From Candidatus Heimdallarchaeota archaeon (GTDB lineage: Archaea; Asgardarchaeota; Heimdallarchaeia; JABLTI01): 32,000 nucleotides of DNA. Made by a program: the position numbers and the translations under genes. Under the pieces are notes generated by a model. The model was not told the origin of the DNA and ran no database searches. It was given only the letters and a program-made list of their open reading frames with translations. Positions 1 through 7,681 of the stretch are shown here, one piece after another. Location: NCBI GenBank assembly GCA_030614005.1, contig JAUWKS010000015.1:27944-59943 (forward strand). The letters run 5' to 3'. Positions within the stretch are counted from its first letter, which is position 1. Every line of letters starts with the position of its first letter.

Positions 1-68
1 CTTCTGGAACAATCGTTTTTCATGAAAAAACTGCCTATACTAACGTTTACAAACCAGTTCAAGCATAA
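1..68 (+). CDS. 3' end of a gene truncated by the window edge (...SGTIVFHEKTAYTNVYKPVQA*)
   Basis: Open frame from position 3 to TAA at 66-68, convergent with the JAMM gene; too short to assign. Confidence 0.3.
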   Translation, partial: SGTIVFHEKTAYTNVYKPVQA

Positions 69-108
69 TCAAAAGTGTTTGACTTGGTTCTATCATTATT
101 TTAATAAT

Positions 109-546
109 TCATTTTAGAGCAATTTTATCCGTAAAAATCACTTCTACATTCTTTAGTTCTCCCTTTTCCCTTAGTAGGTATCCCTTTGGTTTAGTTGGTT
201 CAGATGTACTGCTTATTAACCAGACACTTGGATTTACTTCCATGAATTTTTTATCGGTTCCAGAGGGATAGGGAGGTGCAGGATGTGTGTGATATATTCC
301 AACTACTTCCAAATCACTTTCATCAATTTTAGTGTAAATTTCAAGTAAAACTAAAGGATCAACAGTAAAGGAAACAGTTGATTTGTCAATGTTTTTTGGA
401 GTGAAAACTTCCTCTGCAAGAGCTTGTCTATCTTTGATTGTTCCGGCAATAATTGATACTGATTCATTTGGTGCAGTATTTTTTGCGTGTTTAACCATTT
501 TTTCAAATAATTCTTCTGGGATAACAATACTATCAATATCAATCAT
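109..546 (-). CDS. JAMM/MPN+ (JAB) metalloprotease, desampylase/deubiquitinase-like
   Basis: N-terminal Glu (PNESVS) and the HxH-x7-S-x2-D motif YHTHPAPPYPSGTD; 145 aa. Confidence 0.9.
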   Translation of the reverse strand: MIDIDSIVIPEELFEKMVKHAKNTAPNESVSIIAGTIKDRQALAEEVFTPKNIDKSTVSFTVDPLVLLEIYTKIDESDLEVVGIYHTHPAPPYPSGTDKKFMEVNPSVWLISSTSEPTKPKGYLLREKGELKNVEVIFTDKIALK

Positions 547-679
547 ATATTATAATGAAATTCATCAAGTAATAATTTTTTTATTAGCTGAAATGGGGAA
601 CATTCAGTAGAAATTACGCAAGTAAGAAAAAACATTAAAAAGGATATTCAATTCCCAAATATTAGTAATCTAGCTTTTT

Positions 680-716
680 GCGGGGGTAGCCCAGCTAGGT
701 CAAAGGCGCAGGGTTT
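680..716 (+). pseudogene. Orphan 5' half of a tRNA-Leu (acceptor 5' strand, D arm, anticodon stem 5' strand, U32-U33-U34)
   Basis: GCGGGGGTAGCCCAGCTAGGTCAAAGGCGCAGGGTTT is 33/37 identical to 7494-7530; no T-arm or acceptor 3' strand follows. Confidence 0.85.
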
Positions 717-1069
717 CGTTTCGTACCTTAATCATTTCTCCCTCAATATTTCAAAAGCTATGTGAGCATGAAGTTCTTCATGTTCCTCCCATAATTACAA
801 CAAAGCAATCTATTTATAAGGAAGGAAAAAAATTTCCCTTTTACTTTTTTCCGATTTTAAAAAGTTGATCTTAAGAACACCAAATAAATTTGAGAAAGCA
901 ATTTGGTGTGGGAAAGAACTCAAACCCCTGAACTCCTAAGAGGGAGAAAGTGTAACGAATAGCTACAAAATTTTAGCTATTTATAAGTATAAAATTTAAA
1001 AGTTAACATAGGATACTATTTATTAAAAAGAATTTTACCTGCATTTTCATTCATAAGGTAGGGATTTAA

Positions 1070-2287
1070 ATGAAAAATAACTTGAAAGGCATAGGATTAA
1101 AAGTTGATATAAAATCAGATGTGGATAATTACAATAGTAATTATGAAGAATATTTTGCAAGATTTGGGATATTTAATGGTTCGTTTCTTGAACGAAATAA
1201 ACCTGGGATAACAAAACAATTCAATTTTATAATTGATCCAGAAACATCTTTTCTAAATTATCCAAAAAAATTAATTAGAGAGCACGATTTAGTATTTCAA
1301 TATACAAACAAATTAACTGATGGAAATTTTAAGAAACGTCATCTCATTGAGGATGGCAAAGAATATCTTGATCCAGAATTCATTAGAGAAAGACTTGTTC
1401 CTTTGACAGAAAATGTTTTACAAATCGAAAGAGGACATTTGTCTTTTGAAGATAAGTCAATAGCTAATGGTATCGAAAACACTCCAATATTTGTGAGCAA
1501 TTACTCAGCACCTTATTTTTCATTGATGATTGAAACGTATCCCGATGAAATGGTTGAATTAAACGTCGAAAGTTATTCATTAATGAATGAACGAATCAGT
1601 AAGGAGGATGTTAAATTTAACAATATAATTTCCATTATTGAGTTATCTCTTAATGATCTTAAATATGAAGTTGAAACAAAAAACTGTATTTCGAAAATAC
1701 TATCAAAAAACCTATCTAAATCTATTTCTTTGAAATTAATCAGATATGGTAATCCATTAACAGAAGTTCAGTTACGAACTCTTTATAGAATACTGAAATG
1801 GTTGAAAGAGAAGAATTATACAATAATTTCGCAAAATTTAGGTCTTGAAGGCACTATTTTATCGTGGTTATTAAGAGTTCCTCTTATAAGTAGAGGATGT
1901 TTTTCTGAGCGAATAAACAAGAGAAAAAAAATAGAGGAAAGAAAAGAAGATGATAAAAAAGAAAAAGTTGGTCCATTCTTTCCTTCTGAAAAAAGATTAT
2001 ATGACCCAAATACATTCCATTTTAGAAAAAACGTGAAATGTAATTGTGATTATTGTAGGATAAGAAAGGCAGGAAAAGATGGAACACACGATTATGCATC
2101 TTTGGGCCATAATTTCAGTGCATTAATTAATGAAAATCAAGACATGGTATCAATTAAACATCAAAACCTAAAAGGTCTAATTCAACTCAAACTTGAGGAA
2201 GCTATTAGAGAAAGCAATAATTTAGGTATAAAAAAATATCATGTGAATAAATTGAAGAGAACTATGAAAATAATTTCTGAGGAATAA
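1070..2287 (+). CDS. Hypothetical protein, possibly tRNA-guanine transglycosylase (TGT)-superfamily-like, with a C-terminal Zn site
   Basis: C-terminal KCNCDYC...ASLGHNF resembles the TGT CxCxxC...H(N) zinc site; catalytic Asp motifs not recognisable. Confidence 0.4.
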   Translation: MKNNLKGIGLKVDIKSDVDNYNSNYEEYFARFGIFNGSFLERNKPGITKQFNFIIDPETSFLNYPKKLIREHDLVFQYTNKLTDGNFKKRHLIEDGKEYLDPEFIRERLVPLTENVLQIERGHLSFEDKSIANGIENTPIFVSNYSAPYFSLMIETYPDEMVELNVESYSLMNERISKEDVKFNNIISIIELSLNDLKYEVETKNCISKILSKNLSKSISLKLIRYGNPLTEVQLRTLYRILKWLKEKNYTIISQNLGLEGTILSWLLRVPLISRGCFSERINKRKKIEERKEDDKKEKVGPFFPSEKRLYDPNTFHFRKNVKCNCDYCRIRKAGKDGTHDYASLGHNFSALINENQDMVSIKHQNLKGLIQLKLEEAIRESNNLGIKKYHVNKLKRTMKIISEE

Positions 2288-2290
2288 CAA

Positions 2291-3658
2291 ATGGAAATTT
2301 TAGGTTATATACTATCAAGTTTTGCTACCGTTATAACAACTCTTCTAATAACATTCATTTTATTATTGTTTGGTAATCGAAAAAAAGGTAAGGAATATTT
2401 CCCTCAATTTGAATCTCTATATCTTCATTTAATAGATAAAATTTACGATTTAGAAAAGAAGCGTTTTATTACAACAAAAATATCACAAGAAAAATCATTA
2501 AATTATGTTAAAAAGGCTGTTTCTTGGAAATATTTTTGCTTTGGCATCAAAATTAGATTTACTAACAGAGATGAAGGCAAAGTTACTTTTCAAACACTAT
2601 TAAGGAAAATTCAGAAAAAGCTCATTGATAGCAGTTCAAAGATGGATAAAATTATTGTTGAAAACCTACTTTTATTTTACTTGTTGGAAAAAAAGTTCCT
2701 ACCAAATACATTTCGAACAAGCTATGAAAATGAATATAAAAAACATCGAATAGAAATACTAAACAAATATAAAATTGACGAAATGCAATTTCAAACATTA
2801 TATAGAAAATATATTTCCAAATCAAAGAAAAAAATACCATCAGCTGTTCTTAAAGAAATAGTGTTTCTACAAAAAAAGACTGAAAATTCATTAGATAAAA
2901 TATTAAATGATATATTGTCAAATATAATTAAGTATGTTCACAAATTAATGAAGGAATTAAAAGTTGATTTAAAACCTTATATTATGCAAATTGACAAAGA
3001 AGAATTATCTGTATTTTTCATTCAATATAAAATTAAATTAAAAGACCCACGTAATATAATGATTGAGGCATTAAAAAAGGCTAATTTTAGCAAATTATAT
3101 CCATTGCATTACACATGGATTAAAGTTGTAGAAAATTCAGAGCTAGCTATAGCAGAAAATATTGAAAAATGGCTAACAAGTAGATTAGGAAATGCTATTA
3201 AAAAAGCAAAAAAAGAAGGAGGAGGAAAATTCTTGATTTTTAAATTTTCATTAAAAAATTATCTAGAAAAAAATCTTGGTTTAGAAGATGATCCATATAT
3301 CTTTACAGATGCATTAGAATTACAGTTTAATGAAAACAAATCTTTAATGGAGAAATACATGTTAACTAAAGATATGGATAAACACTATCCACAATTGAAT
3401 CCAGCAAATTTTCTAATGAATCCTTTAACATTTATTAATTGTATCTTAGAAAAGGACATTAATGAGAACGAATTTAAAGAAATACTACAAACTCACAAGA
3501 TAGCTGTTGATAATACACTGGAATTAGATGCGATAAAAAAGGAAACATTAAAAGAAGCTTTTTCATTGTCTGAAAGAGACTATAAACACTTAAAACAGGC
3601 TATAAGCACAGTAGATTTAATTACATCTGATTTAACAGGATTAATATATGGATTCTAA
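2291..3658 (+). CDS. Hypothetical protein with an N-terminal transmembrane helix; probably co-transcribed with 1070-2287
   Basis: 455-aa ORF 3 nt after the upstream stop; hydrophobic N-terminus ILGYILSSFATVITTLLITFILLLFG. Confidence 0.7.
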   Translation: MEILGYILSSFATVITTLLITFILLLFGNRKKGKEYFPQFESLYLHLIDKIYDLEKKRFITTKISQEKSLNYVKKAVSWKYFCFGIKIRFTNRDEGKVTFQTLLRKIQKKLIDSSSKMDKIIVENLLLFYLLEKKFLPNTFRTSYENEYKKHRIEILNKYKIDEMQFQTLYRKYISKSKKKIPSAVLKEIVFLQKKTENSLDKILNDILSNIIKYVHKLMKELKVDLKPYIMQIDKEELSVFFIQYKIKLKDPRNIMIEALKKANFSKLYPLHYTWIKVVENSELAIAENIEKWLTSRLGNAIKKAKKEGGGKFLIFKFSLKNYLEKNLGLEDDPYIFTDALELQFNENKSLMEKYMLTKDMDKHYPQLNPANFLMNPLTFINCILEKDINENEFKEILQTHKIAVDNTLELDAIKKETLKEAFSLSERDYKHLKQAISTVDLITSDLTGLIYGF

Positions 3659-3852
3659 ATTAGAAAACACATTTAACAAATATTCTTTTTTTTATCAAAT
3701 TTAAGTAATTGATATTGAGATTAACAAAAAACTTGAATGAATATGATTGGTGAAGTGAATGTAATTCGAACATGTGAACTTCTGCAAAAGAATCTGAAAA
3801 GAAAGATTAGTATCATAATAATAATTTGAAAATTTTAATTTTTAGAAATTGC

Positions 3853-4365
3853 CTAATTATCAACATCAGGAGTAGTTAAATCCTGAAAGTCAGTGATTCG
3901 CATATTTTTATCTATTTCCCTCTGGAGAATTTCTTTTCGTTTTTCTTCTTGCATATCTTCTTCTGTTGGGAATATTTTCCACCACAATTTCTTAATTTGC
4001 TTTGGGATGACTATAAATGTAAGACCAAATATAATACCACAAACCAAAAAATACAAGAGAATATTAAAGATGTACTTCCAATCTTCACGTAAAAGATTTC
4101 CCCATTTAGATATTTCCTCACTATTAACAACTGATTGTAATAATTGTCCTGAAAATATAAAATAAAGTAGTGAAACAAAAGCACCTAATGCAACAACAAA
4201 TAAACCAACAAATAGAAGATAACCAATCTTCTTTAGGTTATTCGTAAACCATATTTTGACTTTATTCAAAAGAAAAAGAAATATTGCATAACTTATTCTT
4301 TGTCTTAATTTTAGGTCTCTCTCAATTAGAAATTCATTAAATTCCCTTTTATTTATATTTGTCAT
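3853..4365 (-). CDS. Hypothetical membrane protein (2-3 TM helices)
   Basis: 170-aa ORF with hydrophobic segments IGYLLFVGLFVVALGAFVSLLYFIF and YIFNILLYFLVCGIIFGLTFIVI. Confidence 0.7.
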   Translation of the reverse strand: MTNINKREFNEFLIERDLKLRQRISYAIFLFLLNKVKIWFTNNLKKIGYLLFVGLFVVALGAFVSLLYFIFSGQLLQSVVNSEEISKWGNLLREDWKYIFNILLYFLVCGIIFGLTFIVIPKQIKKLWWKIFPTEEDMQEEKRKEILQREIDKNMRITDFQDLTTPDVDN

Positions 4366-4438
4366 AATTACACCTGATTAAAAATAGTGGAATTATAATT
4401 TAAAGACGTTGTATTCAAATTTTGTAATACAAATTTGC

Positions 4439-4467
4439 AAAAAAAAAGTTATCCATAAAGGGATAAC
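4439..4467 (-). terminator. Hairpin plus U-tract terminator downstream of the 40-aa micro-ORF
   Basis: GTTATCC (4448-4454)/GGATAAC (4461-4467) stem next to A9 (4439-4447), which reads as T9 on the minus strand. Confidence 0.6.
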
Positions 4468-4487
4468 AGAATTTTGAAAACAATAGA

Positions 4488-4610
4488 TTATTCTTCTTCA
4501 TCTTCAGGATTAAGTTGTCTACTGCGATTATCCATATCATCCTTATGGGCGGAATTATTTGAATTTTTCACGTTAGAGCGTTGGTCATTACTGGATTGTC
4601 TTTTAGACAT
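4488..4610 (-). CDS. 40-aa polar micro-protein MSKRQSSNDQRSNVKNSNNSAHKDDMDNRSRQLNPEDEEE (absent from the ORF track)
   Basis: ATG at 4610, TAA at 4488-4490, strong GAGGTGAA ribosome-binding site at 4618-4625 (minus), own terminator. Confidence 0.75.
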   Translation of the reverse strand: MSKRQSSNDQRSNVKNSNNSAHKDDMDNRSRQLNPEDEEE

Positions 4611-4832
4611 TATGATTTTCACCTCTTTTTAGTAAATAAAAAGAAACGATAAACCACATGCTTCAAGAGTTTGTCCGGTTATAAGATCTAATCTTCTGGC
4701 AGAATGTTATCGATCATTCTTATGCAAACAGTACTATGAAGCACTTGAAATTCACCATTTCAAGGCAAGTAATCTGATGATTACTCAAAACTAAATTGTT
4801 CAACCACCAATAAAAACCTTAACAAATTCAGT

Positions 4833-5399
4833 CTAATTTTTATCAGTGATGTATTTTACTATCTTCATGAATAATTCCAATCCTTGAATAGCACATTCAT
4901 AACCAATTTTGGTTTGAAATTTTTTCGGATCAATATGCAATTTTATCGGTTCAGCATCAGGACCTCCAAAATATCCTTCTTCCATATTATATGGTAAACC
5001 TAAGGCCGAGAAGTGATTTCTGGTTTTAGGGTGTGCTATTTCATCTCGACATATTATCAGAAAATTTTCCAGCTCAGTAATAAGATCTTTTGATAGAAGA
5101 GAATTTATTAACTTGTAGAAATCTTTCCGAAACATCCTTTCTTGTAATTTGGACACTTTTGTCACATGCCAAAGTAGAAATTGTTCTATAGCAGAACCAA
5201 TGATTAAGGTTGAAGCTAAATAACATTCATTGAAAAATGCAATTGTAGCATTATGATACAATGGGATAGTATTGAAATCCTTAGGAACAATACTTTCAAT
5301 GTTATATTCTCTTTCTTTTTCCTTTAACCAACAGAATATTTCATACCTAAATTTTTGTCTTTTTTCCCGTTCTGTTTTAAACTCGTTAAAGCTAATCAT
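4833..5399 (-). CDS. HEPN-domain protein (DUF4145-like), putative RNase toxin
   Basis: N-terminal YLASTLIIGSAIE helix and the Rx4H motif RDEIAH; 188 aa. Confidence 0.7.
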   Translation of the reverse strand: MISFNEFKTEREKRQKFRYEIFCWLKEKEREYNIESIVPKDFNTIPLYHNATIAFFNECYLASTLIIGSAIEQFLLWHVTKVSKLQERMFRKDFYKLINSLLSKDLITELENFLIICRDEIAHPKTRNHFSALGLPYNMEEGYFGGPDAEPIKLHIDPKKFQTKIGYECAIQGLELFMKIVKYITDKN

Positions 5400-5511
5400 T
5401 CAAAAAAACCTCAGGATAAATACATCTTTCATAATTATATGTACTACTAAAAAAAGATATTATTGATTCGAAATGGAGAATTAGATTACATCTTACTGAT
5501 TGGTAATTGGT

Positions 5512-5670
5512 TTAACTATTCCGAATAATTATCGAATTATTTTCTAATGTTATGATAAGAGTATCACCTTTTTCAATATTCAATTCTTCGGCAATTTCAA
5601 GTGGAATGTTAATCATCAGACTATTATTATTATCCTGAACTTTTCGCTTAAATTTTATAGGCAATATCAT
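5512..5670 (-). CDS. AbrB/MazE/SpoVT-family DNA-binding protein, 52 aa (absent from the ORF track)
   Basis: MILPIKFKRKVQDNNNSLMINIPLEIAEELNIEKGDTLIITLENNSIIIRNS fits the family pattern S-x-x-I-x-I-P-x-x-I-x-x-x-L-x-I-x-x-G-D. Confidence 0.85.
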   Translation of the reverse strand: MILPIKFKRKVQDNNNSLMINIPLEIAEELNIEKGDTLIITLENNSIIIRNS

Positions 5671-5672
5671 TC

Positions 5673-5737
5673 ACCAACATAAAATTTGTTGGTAGAAGCA
5701 TTTAAATATTATTATTACCAATTGGTTATATGGTGGT
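5673..5737. promoter_or_regulatory. Divergent abrB/tnpB promoter: palindromic TATA flanked by two operator-like inverted repeats
   Basis: ATTTAAAT at 5700-5707 lies about 30 nt from both ATGs; ACCA-N13-TGGT at 5673-5693 and again at 5717-5737. Confidence 0.55.
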
Positions 5738-5740
5738 AAA

Positions 5741-7339
5741 ATGTCTTCATTCCTTAAAAAATATTACTTCAAAATAACACTTCCAGAAAACAAAAAGAAA
5801 TACTTGAGCAATTTCAAACAGTTGATAGAGAAGGCTACTAAACAATCATTAGAAAAACTTTGGTCGGAAGAATGGATAACACAATTAGGAATAACTACAG
5901 TAAAAGCACATTGCATCATTACAGCAGGACGTATAAGTATTGAGGAAGAAGGAAAGAAAATATATCTTCCCTCACGAGTGCGAATGGGGATTGCAGAACG
6001 AATCGGCAGAATTCTAAGAAGTCAATACAAGAGAATGAAATGTTTCAATGATTGTTTGAAAATCATGGAAATTGTAGGAGTTAATGAAAACGAAAGCAAA
6101 CTCATTAAACTATTGAACTTAACCTTTAGAAGTTATAAGAATAAACCATATTATAAGAAAGTGCTACTATTACAAAACATCCGACTGATTAAAAATTGGC
6201 AACAAAAAATTAGTATTGATTTTCATATGTTATCTTACTGTAACATAGTAAAACCAACAATCAAAAATTTTGTTTTTCCTTATGGACCAGATAACTACCG
6301 AGAATTAGATTATATGGTTAGGAATACCAGTATATGGTTCAAAATCAGACTACCTACAACAATCAATTCGAGAAGCATTAATGATTGGGAGTGGATAGAA
6401 GGGCTCATCCCTATACCTGAAAAATTACAAAAGAAAATAAATGAAAGCACAAACCAACACCCAAAGAAACCAAGAATGATAACAAAAACACTCAAAGGAG
6501 GAAAGGAATATTTCTTCTTCAGTTTCCCTTGGAATTTTGAAAAGAAAAAAGTGGTACAAAAAGAACGAACTCGTGCTCTTGCAGTCGATCTCGGTTTGAA
6601 GAAAATTGCTACTGCAGTAGTTTGTGAAAAGGACAAGCAATTATCAAAACCAATCTACCTTAAGATTACTTCTAAACAATATCAACATATTGAGCGATTA
6701 TTCAAACACCTTCAAGGGATATCTATTCAAATAAAAAGAAAAACAGGGAATCACCGAAAACAGCAGGAAGAACAGGCAAGAATTTATAGAAAGCTCTCTC
6801 GAATAAAACATCAACTTGTACAAACAACTACTACTATTCTTATTGACAAAGCGAAACAATGGAATTGTAGTGAAATCATTCTTGAGGATTTACGAATGTT
6901 CAGACCTAAGAAGGGATTAAGGAAATGGTCACGACGATTAAATGAATGGTTACATGGACAAATTGCTCAAATATTAGAGTATAAAACAAATGAAGAAGGA
7001 ATTAAACTACTAAAAGTCACTCCATGGGGAACATCTATCCATTGCCCAAGATGTACAAACACTCGAGGCTTGAAAGTTACAAGTCCAACAATTCTCACAC
7101 CAAAAAAAAGTGGGAGATGGTTCTATTGCCCAAATTGTGGATTCAATGCAGATAGAGATTATAACGCAGCTTTGAATATTTTCCGTGCAAGATTCATCAA
7201 TTATCGAAAAATAAAGAGTCTAAAAGACACCAGCCCTATCCCCTATATGGAGATAGGAATTCCTTCGCCCGACCGTTCTTGGCGAAGGTCCAGAAATGAT
7301 CTAACAACTACTCAAGTGGTGTTAGTGACTGGGGGGTAA
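5741..7339 (+). CDS. tnpB: TnpB (IS200/IS605-family RNA-guided nuclease, Cas12f-sized, 532 aa)
   Basis: RuvC-I AVDLGLK, RuvC-II ILEDL, Zn finger CPRC...CPNCG, RuvC-III DRDYNAALNI; no tnpA nearby. Confidence 0.9.
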   Translation: MSSFLKKYYFKITLPENKKKYLSNFKQLIEKATKQSLEKLWSEEWITQLGITTVKAHCIITAGRISIEEEGKKIYLPSRVRMGIAERIGRILRSQYKRMKCFNDCLKIMEIVGVNENESKLIKLLNLTFRSYKNKPYYKKVLLLQNIRLIKNWQQKISIDFHMLSYCNIVKPTIKNFVFPYGPDNYRELDYMVRNTSIWFKIRLPTTINSRSINDWEWIEGLIPIPEKLQKKINESTNQHPKKPRMITKTLKGGKEYFFFSFPWNFEKKKVVQKERTRALAVDLGLKKIATAVVCEKDKQLSKPIYLKITSKQYQHIERLFKHLQGISIQIKRKTGNHRKQQEEQARIYRKLSRIKHQLVQTTTTILIDKAKQWNCSEIILEDLRMFRPKKGLRKWSRRLNEWLHGQIAQILEYKTNEEGIKLLKVTPWGTSIHCPRCTNTRGLKVTSPTILTPKKSGRWFYCPNCGFNADRDYNAALNIFRARFINYRKIKSLKDTSPIPYMEIGIPSPDRSWRRSRNDLTTTQVVLVTGG

Positions 7340-7390
7340 AGAATATTCTTTACCCAAATGAAAAGAACGGTAAGGCTTAGGACCTTGTAT
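7230..7390 (+). ncRNA. Putative TnpB omegaRNA (reRNA) scaffold overlapping the tnpB 3' end; boundaries approximate
   Basis: Stems 7235-7240/7252-7257 and 7262-7269/7281-7288, perfect palindrome 7334-7355, loop 7272-7280 pairing with 7363-7371 (pseudoknot), and 7285-7291/7380-7386. Confidence 0.7.
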
Positions 7391-7450
7391 TTTAAATAAG
7401 AGCTGCAAGAAAAAATAAATTTTGGGCAATAGGTGATTTTTTAAATCATA

Positions 7451-7466
7451 GAAAGCATTTATAAAA
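7451..7466 (+). promoter_or_regulatory. BRE/TATA promoter of tRNA-Leu(UAG)
   Basis: GAAAGCA followed by TTTATAAA (7458-7465), 28 nt upstream of the mature 5' end. Confidence 0.55.
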
Positions 7467-7493
7467 TCTAAGTGAAAAAAATCTCTTAGTTCT

Positions 7494-7581
7494 GCGGGGA
7501 TAGCCCAGCATGGTCAAAGGCGCAGGATTTAGGCTCCTGTCTCGCAGGAGTACGCGCGTTCAAATCGCGTTCCCCGCACCA
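7494..7581 (+). tRNA. tRNA-Leu(UAG), intronless, CCA encoded
   Basis: Acceptor GCGGGGA/TCCCCGC, anticodon stem CAGGA/TCCTG with TAG at 7530-7532, long variable arm, T arm GCGCG-TTCAAAT-CGCGT, ACCA end. Confidence 0.97.
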
Positions 7582-7681
7582 ATCATATTATTTTCTATTA
7601 TTTGTTGTTACTTCCTTTCGTTGTTTTAAACTAAGATGTCTTTAAGAAAGCAAAGACGTACACTATTTCAGGAGAAATTTA

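Larger units (their letters stand above)
717..7493. mobile_element. Accessory block 1 between the orphan tRNA-Leu 5' half and the intact tRNA-Leu
   Basis: Bounded by 37-nt imperfect direct repeats (tRNA 5' halves); very AT-rich hypothetical, HEPN and TnpB cargo; no integrase seen. Confidence 0.55.

Noticed and set aside
716-960. Intron-containing tRNA-Leu resuming at CCCTG (926-930)
   Set aside because: No T-arm (GTTCRAATC) or CCCCCGC acceptor strand follows
3740-7589. 13-bp inverted match AATATGATTGGTG (3740-3752) / CACCAATCATATT (7577-7589) at the tRNA end
   Set aside because: Does not extend on either side and does not mark a gene-block boundary; plausible by chance in AT-rich DNA
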